Source: Clostridia bacterium
GTDB taxonomy: Bacteria; Bacillota; Clostridia; Oscillospirales; CAG-272
Length of the DNA: 64,000 nucleotides
NCBI GenBank assembly: GCA_017547655.1
Contig: JAFYPF010000027.1
Span: 9,356 to 73,355 of the forward strand
Reading direction: 5' to 3'
Within the stretch, counting starts at the first letter, position 1. Each line of letters opens with the position of its first letter. The notes below the pieces were generated by a model that was not told the origin of the DNA, did no database searches, and saw nothing but the letters and a program-made list of their open reading frames with translations. The position numbers were made by a program, and so were the translations under genes. Positions 30,439 to 40,000 of the stretch are shown piece after piece.

Positions 30439-30937
30439 GAATACATTAACAGAAAAAAACACGGAGAAATGGAACCTGATTTATACCGTTATATTTGCGT
30501 TGAGTTTTTTGATTTTTGGATTTTTTTCTGCAATACTTACCGGAAGTTCAAATGCGTATATAGGACTAAATAAACCAACTTTTTCTCCTCCGCCCGAACT
30601 TTTTGCCGTTGTTTGGTCATTACTTTACGTAATAATAGGCTGGGTAAACGGGAGTGTATATTTTTTAAACAATCCGATTTATGAGGACAACAGAAGAAAA
30701 GGATTTGTCTTTGCGGTTATAGGGTTTATTTTGAATTTATTATGGTATCCGTTGTTTTTTGGACGGGGAGAGTTTGTTGCATCATTTATTGATATTATAG
30801 CTATATTTCTTTTAGACGTTATTTGTATCATTGAATACAGGAGAATAAAACCGATATATGGTAATTTGTTGATTCCGTATGCGATATGGCTTGCTTTTGC
30901 GGCGTATTTAAATTTAGGTGTAATAATATTGAACTAA
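30437..30937 (+). CDS. tspO: TspO/MBR-family tryptophan-rich sensory protein
   Basis: LNKPTFSPP..F..VW..LY, LNLLW..LFFG, LLIPYAIWLAFAAYLN; TTG start inferred from the GAGGTG RBS. Confidence 0.88.
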   Translation: MNTLTEKNTEKWNLIYTVIFALSFLIFGFFSAILTGSSNAYIGLNKPTFSPPPELFAVVWSLLYVIIGWVNGSVYFLNNPIYEDNRRKGFVFAVIGFILNLLWYPLFFGRGEFVASFIDIIAIFLLDVICIIEYRRIKPIYGNLLIPYAIWLAFAAYLNLGVIILN

Positions 30938-30975
30938 AAAAATCGGGTTAGGCTTTTTTGGCTTAACCCGATTTT
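30936..30975. terminator. Bidirectional terminator
   Basis: AAAATCGGGTTAGGC...GCTTAACCCGATTTT. Confidence 0.75.
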
Positions 30976-30992
30976 AACTATGTATTGTTTAC

Positions 30993-31862
30993 TTATTTGT
31001 TCTGATTTTCGATATCAATTACGGGCAAAACAGCGTCGCTGCCCACAATTTGAGGGAGTTCGCCGTTCCACTGCATTGTTTCGTTGTATTTTACAAGCAA
31101 TTCGGTAAGAGAAGCTGCGATCTTTTGGTTTGCCTCGGCTTCTGCCTTTGCCTGTACCTCGACAGCGTAAGCATCTGCATCGGCTTGGATTTTTGCAACA
31201 GCGGCTTCTGCTTCGGCGGCAATTACCTTACGTTGAGCTTCTGCTTCCTGTTCCATATTTTTTTGTTCTTGTTCGATAGTAGCTTGGAGCTTTGACTGTT
31301 CTGCAACCTGCTTTGCTTCAACTGCGTTTGTGAATACGTCTGTAAAGTCAATATCCTCGATTGCAACACTTAATATGTTAATGCCGTAGACGTCCATTTC
31401 GGGAGAAAGCATTTCCTTTGTCTGCTCGGAAAGAGAGTCGCGGGATTTGATAAGGTTTTCTGCCGTATATTTAGCAATAATAGATTTTACGTTTTCGATA
31501 ATTCTCGGCTCAACTACTGTGTTGTAATAGGTTACGCCTATATTTTTGTAGAGGTTTTGTGACGTTTCCTTATTTATACTGTAGTTTACGGAGCATTTAA
31601 CGTTTACTTGCTGAATATCGCTTGAGAAAGCCTGAAAATTAAGTTGAGCTTTCTGGTTTCTGTTGTCCATAATGATTATCTGCTGCCATGGGAGTTTGAA
31701 GTGCAAACCCTCGTTTAGTACATAATCTTCAACGTGTCCGAATGTAACGACAATACCCGTATGACCTGCGGGCACCGAGCTTGTTGCGCTAACGCCCAAG
31801 ATGAGTAAAGCGATTACAATTACAGCTGTAATAACCAATGCTGTGAATTTTGTTTTTTTCAT
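30993..31862 (-). CDS. SPFH/prohibitin-family membrane protein
   Basis: TM anchor, VPAGHTGIVVTFG, EGLHFKLPW, Ala/Glu coiled coil, WNGELP; GGAGG RBS before ATG at 31862. Confidence 0.9.
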   Translation of the reverse strand: MKKTKFTALVITAVIVIALLILGVSATSSVPAGHTGIVVTFGHVEDYVLNEGLHFKLPWQQIIIMDNRNQKAQLNFQAFSSDIQQVNVKCSVNYSINKETSQNLYKNIGVTYYNTVVEPRIIENVKSIIAKYTAENLIKSRDSLSEQTKEMLSPEMDVYGINILSVAIEDIDFTDVFTNAVEAKQVAEQSKLQATIEQEQKNMEQEAEAQRKVIAAEAEAAVAKIQADADAYAVEVQAKAEAEANQKIAASLTELLVKYNETMQWNGELPQIVGSDAVLPVIDIENQNK

Positions 31863-31885
31863 AATAGATTCCTCCTGTAAATCGG

Positions 31886-31914
31886 TTGACATTAGCCGAA
31901 AAAATTGTTAAAAT
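31886..31914 (+). promoter_or_regulatory. Sigma-A-like promoter oriented antisense to the lipoprotein gene
   Basis: TTGACA, 17 bp, TAAAAT with extended -10 TGn. Confidence 0.5.
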
Positions 31915-31924
31915 ATATATGTAA

Positions 31925-32416
31925 TTATTTTTTTAGAACATTTTCGAATTCGGATTCTGCTGAATTTCTCGTGTTGTCGTCTAAAATTAAGAACGTTACG
32001 TAAAGACCGCAGCGTTTGGCTGTTGCATTTTCGATTTTCGGAAATTCTTCGGCAAGGTATTCGCTCATCCAATTTTTTTCGAGTGTAGATAAATAGCTTT
32101 CGGCATCAGACAAAAGCTTTTTTGCGTTTTCGGTTGACGAAGCCTTAAAGACACCGAACATATCAGAAGAACCCTCTGTATGAATATAAACTGCGCATTC
32201 GTCGCATAAAGATGTGTCAATCGGAATGTTTAATGCTACCCACCCCTCATCTGCTTTGGTGAGCGCGGGAATGTTGACGGTTTCTAAAAGTTTTTGGGTT
32301 ATAACAGAAACGTCGACATCGTTTAAATAATCGTTGTCTGCGAGTGTATTTTCGTTTTTTGCACAGGACACCAAACAGATAACGCAGATCAGAAGAATAC
32401 TGAATAATTTTTTCAT
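31925..32416 (-). CDS. Lipoprotein (DUF4358-like)
   Basis: Lipobox LVSC; C-terminal Y...E..KI.NA pattern. Confidence 0.65.
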   Translation of the reverse strand: MKKLFSILLICVICLVSCAKNENTLADNDYLNDVDVSVITQKLLETVNIPALTKADEGWVALNIPIDTSLCDECAVYIHTEGSSDMFGVFKASSTENAKKLLSDAESYLSTLEKNWMSEYLAEEFPKIENATAKRCGLYVTFLILDDNTRNSAESEFENVLKK

Positions 32417-32446
32417 AGAATTTATACCCCATCTTTCTACAGATTC

Positions 32447-32475
32447 AGTATATCACACATTTTTGAATAATTCAA
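32447..32475 (-). promoter_or_regulatory. Sigma-A promoter of the lipoprotein-SPFH genes
   Basis: Minus strand TTGAAT, 17 bp, TATACT with TG extension. Confidence 0.55.
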
Positions 32476-32515
32476 TAAGAAACAATTTAAAATTTAAAAA
32501 GGAGAAGTACAAATT

Positions 32516-33421
32516 TTGAAAAACGTAAGAGAGAATAAAAGGGAAGTTAAATTATATAACGTTATGTTTCCGATATGGTTGTTGTTTATTTTCCCGATAA
32601 CGTGGCTATTTGTTATTCCTGCAAATTTTATAATAGACAGCTTGGTTTTGCTTCTTGGAATGTATGTTCTTCGTATCAAGGAGAAGGTTGAATTATATAA
32701 AAAGACGATACTGTGGATTTTTATATTTGGATTTGTTGCAGATATACTTGGAGGAATACTTCTCTTAATAACGCAGTTTGTTGAATTAGACGGTTTCTTT
32801 TATGAGTATCTGACAGCACCTATAGCTCAAAATCCGTTTGATAACGTATATTCATTGGCATACACGTGTTTCGCTGTTGTTGTGTCGGCTGTTTTAATAT
32901 ATGTATTTAACCGTTTTGTTTCATTCAGAAAGGTTTACAGCAAGAAAATAAAGAGAATACTTTCACTTCTGCTTGCGATTATTACAGCTCCGTATTTGTT
33001 TTTGGTTCCTACATCAAGCCTTTATGGCGGACAGACGGAGAATTTTACAAATCATATTGCTTGGGATGATTATGTTAAGGCGGAAATATATATTTACGAT
33101 GAGCCCGAGGTAAATATAACCGAGACGGATAATAACGAGCATTTTAATTACGGGTTGGTTTCTGTTTTGCGCTACAGTGTAAATACTGCGAAGAAAGATA
33201 AGGTTGAGCTTCCCAAGGCGTGGAAATATAAGGTTGTATTCCAAATGCAGGATATAGAGGGGAAGAGGCTTGAACCGATATTTATATACGAAATTGAGGA
33301 CAGCATATATTTTGAATGGAAAAACAAGACATATCGTATAACAGACGAAAACAAAGAAAAAATATACGGTGAGATTGAGGAGCATTTGAACCCGCAACCG
33401 TCAGATGAGATTGGTATTTAG
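32516..33421 (+). CDS. Hypothetical membrane protein (4-5 TM helices plus a soluble C-terminal domain)
   Basis: AGGAG RBS, TTG start, hydrophobic N-terminal half. Confidence 0.7.
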   Translation: MKNVRENKREVKLYNVMFPIWLLFIFPITWLFVIPANFIIDSLVLLLGMYVLRIKEKVELYKKTILWIFIFGFVADILGGILLLITQFVELDGFFYEYLTAPIAQNPFDNVYSLAYTCFAVVVSAVLIYVFNRFVSFRKVYSKKIKRILSLLLAIITAPYLFLVPTSSLYGGQTENFTNHIAWDDYVKAEIYIYDEPEVNITETDNNEHFNYGLVSVLRYSVNTAKKDKVELPKAWKYKVVFQMQDIEGKRLEPIFIYEIEDSIYFEWKNKTYRITDENKEKIYGEIEEHLNPQPSDEIGI

Positions 33422-33426
33422 AATAT

Positions 33427-33469
33427 AAACGAGGTGCACTTTTGTAAGAGGGTGCACCTTGTTTTTTTG
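33427..33469 (+). terminator. Rho-independent terminator
   Basis: AAACGAGGTGCAC...GTGCACCTTGTTTTTTT. Confidence 0.75.
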
Positions 33470-33559
33470 TAATTATTTTTAGAAAATTCTTTATTAAATT
33501 AACAATGAATATAGGTGTGAATAAAATAATAAAAAAATGAGTTTTTTTTTAAGTTATGG

Positions 33560-33588
33560 TTGACAAAATTGTAAATATCGTGTATAAT
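33560..33588 (+). promoter_or_regulatory. Sigma-A promoter of the pfl leader
   Basis: TTGACA, 17 bp, TATAAT. Confidence 0.8.
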
Positions 33589-33596
33589 TAACATAC

Positions 33597-33676
33597 AGCT
33601 TTTACATAACTGACGGAAAGACGCAGATTGACTGCGGTGGAGTGTAAAAGTTAATAGTGCCGACCGTCTGGGCAAG
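33597..33676 (+). ncRNA. ZMP/ZTP riboswitch (pfl RNA motif)
   Basis: P1 GCTTTTACA/TGTAAAAGT, conserved ACTGACGGAA, P2 CGCAG/CTGCG, 3' GCCGACCGTCTGGGCA, pseudoknot GACGG/CCGTC; upstream of pflB. Confidence 0.9.
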
Positions 33677-33716
33677 TCAGTTTTTGTAAGATGAAAAACT
33701 GGGTTGTCTTTTTTTT
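33671..33716 (+). terminator. Riboswitch expression-platform terminator
   Basis: GGCAAGTCAGTTTTT...AAAAACTGGGTTGTC followed by a U tract; overlaps P3 of the aptamer. Confidence 0.75.
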
Positions 33717-33738
33717 AGGTTATTTAGGAGGTAAAAAT

Positions 33739-35970
33739 ATGGAACACATCAATTGGACAGGTTTTAAAGGAACGACTTGGAAGGAAAATATAGACGTTCG
33801 TGATTTTATACAGTCAAACTATAAGGAATATACAGGGGACTATTCGTTCTTGGCGAAAGCTACAGATAGAACAAAAGCATTGATGAAAAAGCTTCAGGCT
33901 CTTTTTGCAATCGAGAGGCAGTTTGGCGGAGTTCTTGACATTGATACGTCGACAGTTTCGACACTGACAGCGTTTGCTCCGGGGTATCTTGACAAAGAAA
34001 ATGAGCTTATCGTTGGACTTCAGACCAATAGACCGTTGAAGAGAGGAGTAAATCCTTTTGGTGGAATGAGAATGGTTAAGCAGGCGTGTGAGGCTTACGG
34101 ATATAAGCTTAGTTCCAAGGTTCAGGAAGAATTTAGGTTCAGAACTACACATAACGAAGGCGTATACAGAACGTATACTGATGAGATGAGAGATGCGCGT
34201 AAGTGCCATGTTATCACAGGTCTTCCCGATGCTTACGGAAGAGGAAGAATTATAGGTGACTACAGACGTGTTGCGTTGTACGGTGTAGATAAGCTTATTG
34301 AGGAGAAGAAGAAAGATAAAAAAACACTTGCTTATGACGTATTGAATTCAGATAATATTAAGCTGACCGAGGAGTTGTATCAGCAGATTGCCTTTCTTGG
34401 CTCTTTAAAAGAAATGGCAGAAATGTACGGCTTTGATATCAGTCAGCCCGCAAGCAACGCAAAGGAAGCTATACAGTGGACTTATTTTGCATATCTAGGC
34501 GCAATTAAAGAACAAAACGGCGCTGCTATGTCGCTTGGCAGAGTGAGTACATTTTTTGATATTTATATTGAAAGAGATATTGAAAACGGTATTCTTGACG
34601 AAACGGGTGCGCAGGAGCTTATAGATGATTTTGTGATGAAGCTTCGTATGGCGCGTCATCTTCGTACCCCCGAATATAACGAGCTTTTCGGCGGCGATCC
34701 TATGTGGATAACCGAAGCCGTTGGCGGTATGGGTGAAGATGGCAGAACGTTGGTTACAAAGAGCAGCTACCGTGTTTTAAATACGCTTTATACTTTGGGT
34801 TCGTCTCCCGAGCCTAATCTTACCGTATTGTGGTCAAACAGATTACCTCATAATTTCAAGAAATTCTGCGCAAAGGTTTCTGCAGATACAGACTCTATTC
34901 AGTATGAAAATGATGAGGTTATGCGTCCTATTTATGGTGATGATTACGCAATAGCTTGTTGTGTATCCGCTATGAGAGTGGGTAAACAGATGCAGTTCTT
35001 TGGCGCTCGTTGTAATCTTGCAAAGCTTTTGCTTATTGCGATTAACGGCGGATATGATGCTGACAGCGGAATGCACATCGGTCCTCAATATGAGCCAATG
35101 ACTGTTGACAAACTTGATTATGATGCTGTTATGGAACGATATGACGTTTATATCAAGTGGTTAAGTGAGCTCTACGTTAAGACTATGAACGTTATTCACT
35201 ATATGCATGATAAGTATGCGTATGAAAAGATACAAATGGCATTGCACGATACGTCGGTTGAACGTTTTATGGCGTTCGGTATTGCGGGACTTTCCGTTGT
35301 AGCGGACTCGTTGAGCGCTATAAAATATGCAAACGTTAAGCCTATTACAAATGAAGACGGTTTTGTTGTCGGATTTGATACAAAAGGTGATTTTCCGAAG
35401 TATGGTAATGATGATGACAGGGTTGACACTATTGCAAAGGAAATGACTCATAAGGTTATTACAGAGCTTCGCAAGACACCTGCATACAGAGATGCAATTC
35501 ATACTCTTTCCGTTCTTACGATTACGTCTAACGTTATGTACGGAAAGAATACCGGTGCAACCCCTGACGGCAGAGAAGCGGGTATGCCTTTTGCGCCCGG
35601 AGCTAACCCGATGCACAACAGAGAAGAAAATGGCGCATTGGCGAGTCTCAACTCGGTCGCAAAGCTTTCTTACGATGATTGCCGAGACGGTATTTCCAAT
35701 ACGTTCTCAATAACACCTCAAGCGCTTGGCAGAACCGAAGACGAGCGAATTGACAACCTCGTTTCTATTCTCGACGGATATTTTGCAAAGAAGGCGCATC
35801 ACATCAATATTAACGTTTTGAACAGAGAGACGTTGATGAAGGCGTATGAAGATCCCGAAAGCTATCCCAATCTTACTATCAGAGTTTCGGGATATGCAGT
35901 AAACTTCAATAAACTCTCTCGTGAACAGCAGAGGGAAGTTATCAGCCGTACTTTCCACGAGGCGTTATGA
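33739..35970 (+). CDS. pflB: Pyruvate formate-lyase
   Basis: [24 protein letters not shown] active-site Cys pair, RVSGYAV glycyl-radical loop; AGGAGG RBS. Confidence 0.96.
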   Translation: MEHINWTGFKGTTWKENIDVRDFIQSNYKEYTGDYSFLAKATDRTKALMKKLQALFAIERQFGGVLDIDTSTVSTLTAFAPGYLDKENELIVGLQTNRPLKRGVNPFGGMRMVKQACEAYGYKLSSKVQEEFRFRTTHNEGVYRTYTDEMRDARKCHVITGLPDAYGRGRIIGDYRRVALYGVDKLIEEKKKDKKTLAYDVLNSDNIKLTEELYQQIAFLGSLKEMAEMYGFDISQPASNAKEAIQWTYFAYLGAIKEQNGAAMSLGRVSTFFDIYIERDIENGILDETGAQELIDDFVMKLRMARHLRTPEYNELFGGDPMWITEAVGGMGEDGRTLVTKSSYRVLNTLYTLGSSPEPNLTVLWSNRLPHNFKKFCAKVSADTDSIQYENDEVMRPIYGDDYAIACCVSAMRVGKQMQFFGARCNLAKLLLIAINGGYDADSGMHIGPQYEPMTVDKLDYDAVMERYDVYIKWLSELYVKTMNVIHYMHDKYAYEKIQMALHDTSVERFMAFGIAGLSVVADSLSAIKYANVKPITNEDGFVVGFDTKGDFPKYGNDDDRVDTIAKEMTHKVITELRKTPAYRDAIHTLSVLTITSNVMYGKNTGATPDGREAGMPFAPGANPMHNREENGALASLNSVAKLSYDDCRDGISNTFSITPQALGRTEDERIDNLVSILDGYFAKKAHHININVLNRETLMKAYEDPESYPNLTIRVSGYAVNFNKLSREQQREVISRTFHEAL

Positions 35971-36686
35971 TAAAAGGATATGTTCATTCGATACAAACTC
36001 TCGGAACGCTTGACGGACCGGGAGTTCGTTTCGTTGTGTTTACACAAGGCTGTAACCTGCGTTGCTCGTGCTGTCATAATCCCGATACTTGGAATTATAA
36101 CGATAGAACACAGTTTGCACCCGAAGAAATCGTAAAACGTGTAAAACGATATAAAGAGTATTTTGGCGACGAGGGAGGTATAACCTTTTCGGGGGGAGAG
36201 CCGTTGCTCCAAGCTGATTTTGTTTATGAAACGTTTAGACTTTGTCATTTAGAGGGGATAAATACCTGTCTTGATACCTCGGGAAGTGTACTGAATGACA
36301 GTGTGGTTAAGCTTTTAGGTGAGACTGACGTGGTTTTGCTTGACGTTAAATATACAAGTGACGACTTATATAAAAAACACGTTGGTTGCGATATGGATAG
36401 GGTTTTGAGATTCCTTGACGTGCTTCAAGAGAGGAATATAAAAACGATAATACGTCAGGTTGTTATTCCGACGGTTAATGATTATGAAGAGAACTTTTTG
36501 AAGCTGAAAGAACTTGTCGATAGATATACCGTTGTTCAAAAGGTTGAGCTTTTGCCATTTAAGAATATCTGCACAACTAAATATGATATGTTGAATATTG
36601 ATTTTCCTTTTAGAGATATTCCTTTGCCTAAAGAAAGTGATATGCAAAAATATCAAAATATGGTCAAAAACACCTTGCCGAAATGA
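35967..36686 (+). CDS. pflA: PFL-activating enzyme (radical SAM)
   Basis: [32 protein letters not shown]. Confidence 0.95.
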   Translation: MIKGYVHSIQTLGTLDGPGVRFVVFTQGCNLRCSCCHNPDTWNYNDRTQFAPEEIVKRVKRYKEYFGDEGGITFSGGEPLLQADFVYETFRLCHLEGINTCLDTSGSVLNDSVVKLLGETDVVLLDVKYTSDDLYKKHVGCDMDRVLRFLDVLQERNIKTIIRQVVIPTVNDYEENFLKLKELVDRYTVVQKVELLPFKNICTTKYDMLNIDFPFRDIPLPKESDMQKYQNMVKNTLPK

Positions 36687-36706
36687 GTTGGCGAGGTGCT
36701 TTTTTG
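36668..36706 (+). terminator. Terminator after pflA
   Basis: CACCTTGCCGA-aatgag-TTGGCGAGGTGC followed by TTTTTT. Confidence 0.75.
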
Positions 36707-36854
36707 TTGGCTAAAAATGTACAATTGATTTTAAAGAAAAAGAGTGGAATCGAAACGGAATTTAGATGTGAAGTGGTGTGATGTACACTTTTGACAAAAA
36801 GTGTGAACAAAAGAAAAATATAAAGAAAACCGACGTGTATTTTCAGTTTTTTTG

Positions 36855-36883
36855 TTGACAATGCGTTTAAAAGAGTGTAGAAT
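36855..36883 (+). promoter_or_regulatory. Sigma-A promoter of the accessory operon
   Basis: TTGACA, 17 bp, TAGAAT. Confidence 0.7.
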
Positions 36884-37062
36884 ATATTATGAATTATTAT
36901 ATATAATAGACGTATTGTTTTTTAGCGCGACTTAATCGATTGAATCGGCGTTTATACAGCAAGAAAAAATTGATACTTTAGATAAAATTTCGTATTTAAA
37001 CAAGGTTGGATTGTCCTCCCCGAAATATTGGGAGTGACCGGTTAGAGAAGGAGATAGAATTG

Positions 37063-40000
37063 ATGAAAAGATCTAACAGACTGTTGGCATTTATTCTTTT
37101 TGTATGCATGGTAATATCGCTTGTGCCTCCGTTGCAAGTAGCTCGTGCCGCTGACATTATTCAGCGATATGAGCTTGATACGGACGGTATTGACGTGGGA
37201 GCTACGTATTTGATTGTCAATACGGGCTCGACCGGAAGCGGTAACGCGTTGCGTTTTTATTACAACAGCTCATTATCGCGCGATTTCCGTAATCAAACGA
37301 TTACTGTAAAGGATGATGCGGGAGTTAAATACATAGAAACTGGATTTACCAATGAGAGTGATTGCGTATTTACTTTTAGCGCAGCTAAAGTTGGATATAT
37401 AACGCATAACAATTACTATATTGACTTGAGCAATAGTAGATATGCGACAAGTAAACCGGGAGAAAGCTTGAACTTTACAAGCGTGGGTGACGGTGCATAT
37501 CGTATTTACTATTCGTCGTATTGGAGTTCTTACTATCTTCGTTATTCCAACTCGGATTGGGCGAGATCAACGACTTCTTCTACGGTATATCTTTACAAGC
37601 TGACAGAATATGTTGTAGGTCATGACGTTGAATACAACGGAAACGGCTATACTGCGGGTACACTCCCTCAAAATGAATATTACATAGACAGCGGAAGCGA
37701 ATACACAGTAAAAGCTCCGAGCGAGGGCTTTAAAATGGATGTTGGCGAAGATACGTATCTTTTCCGTTGTTGGAATACAAAGGCTGACGGTTCGGGTGTT
37801 GAATATGAGCCGGGAGAGAAGTTTACTGTTGAAAGCGACGTTGTATTGTATGCGCAGTGGTATCAACAAACAAAGCATACGGCTTCGTTTATTTCGCATT
37901 ACAACGGTGTTCAGACTGACCTTAATGATATCATCGGAGAGGACAAGAACTTTTATATTCTTCTTGATGGTGTAGAGGGCGCGTATATTCCGCTTATAAA
38001 GAGAGGCGACGGTGTATATAGCGCAAAGGTTGTTGACAATGGAATTTATGTTGTCTACGCCAAGAATGCTGACGGAAAATATGAAGAGGTGCACGGCCAC
38101 AAGATTGCGATTTATAATTTTGACGGCACGACAGACTGTTTCCATTACAGCGTTTCGTATAATACAAACGGAGGTGTTTGGGCTGATGGAGAAAATCCCG
38201 GAGATGTAATTCATCATTCTGGAGAATCGGCATTTGTTACAAATGCCACACCTACTCTTAAAGGCAACTTGTTTATGGGTTGGGAAGATAAGGACGGAAA
38301 CCTTTATGCTCCCGGACAACATCTCACGTCTGCTATAGATGAAAAGATTGAGCTTACAGCAAAGTGGCAAGAGACTATTGATATTACGGTAAACGTTGTT
38401 ATAAATCATAATGCTGTTACTACAGGCTCGGATAATAATAATAAGAGACATGAACTTTCTTTCACGTTGACTCGTGAAGAGAACGGCGTGAATATGCCGA
38501 TTGAGAATAAGGTTTTGGATTCGGGATACGTTTATGACGCCGAGAATAATACAACTACATACACTGTTGTATATACCGATATGCCTCAAGGAACATATCA
38601 CGTGTCAAGTGCGAAGAGTTCGTATGAGACTGTGATTACTCACGAGGGCAAGTCCGATGATGATCAGACAATTTTTATCAATCATACTTTTGCTCCTGAA
38701 AATTTTGACCTTTACTTTGATGTGATTGTTAAGGCTGACGACGAGGGCGAAAAGACATTGATGCCCGATAAGGTTAATGTTAAGGTTAGCTATTGGGGTT
38801 ACAACGAGGACAATGTTCTTGACTGGCATATTATTACACAGCAGGACGGAACAAAAGCGCCTATATCCGTTGAAATTGATGAAAACGGCAAGGGAGTAGG
38901 TTATTACCCTGTATGGGGCTTCTGGTCGGGCACTGATTATGCTTATGACTACAGAATTGAGATTACGTCATATGTTTTGCCCGACGGCTCTATTGTTCCT
39001 GTTAATAGTAAAGATAAGATTAACTTTTATATTGACGGCACAAACTTGTACACTGCTGTGATAACAATTGAGTCCGCAACCGAAAACGGGGAAGAGGGCA
39101 GAATTCCTACGTATCCCGCAGATAGTAAAACTGACCTCAATGGCGCATATGTTGGCAGCGGTGTTCAGATAGGCTTGCCTACGGCTACGATTGAAATCAA
39201 TTCTTATAAGGTTACATTCGATGCAGGCGAAGGAAGTGTTAACGGCAGCTCAAAGGTAGTACTTAATAACCAATACGTATGTCCCGATTTAGATAAATAT
39301 GTTGCAACTCCTTCAGCTGATGATAAGACGTTTATTTGTTGGGTTGACGCAGAAGGCGAGCCCGTTACGAATATGAACGGTCAGTTCCTGAATTCTGACG
39401 TAACCTACTATGCAAGATACAACGATGACGCCGTTGTTTCGGGTAAGGTTGTAGTAGACGTACAGTATGATTATAACGGAGAAACAGCAACCATTCACGA
39501 AATTGACCGTGTTAATAAGGTTATGGTTATTCTTCAGAAGAAGATTAACGATTACTACAACGACGTTGATTCAATGATTGTAAACATTGTATACAACAAA
39601 GACGAAAACGGCAATGTTCTTGACGGCGTTGGCGAATATAAGTTCGAAGACGTTCTTAATGACGGAACCGAATATAGAGTAAACGTTTTCGCGTATAACT
39701 TTACGACAACTTATGACAATGATGCTGACGGTGAATATTCCGAAGAGCAGTATGTAGTTGATATAGACCAATTCAGAGCCGAGGGAAAAGTTGATGTAGA
39801 ACTTGGTTTTGCGCCCGACAGCTATCAGCAGTATGTTCGCGTAGACGCTTCTCTTATTGAGGAATCATTGCGTCCAACGGCTGTTTTGGTTCGGTATTAT
39901 TACAGAGACCTTGGCGACGTTCACAACTTTCAAATTATTTCTCAGCACACAGTATCTCCTAACGGAGTAATGGTTTCTCTTGATAAGAGTACTGCTCAAG

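Noticed and set aside
33691-33738. Longer pflB start given by the ORF track
   Set aside because: Lies inside the riboswitch terminator; AGGAGG precedes ATG 33739
37567-38601. 344-aa antisense ORF within the giant gene, and similar antisense ORFs across the window
   Set aside because: No motifs or RBS; explained by codon bias of the sense gene
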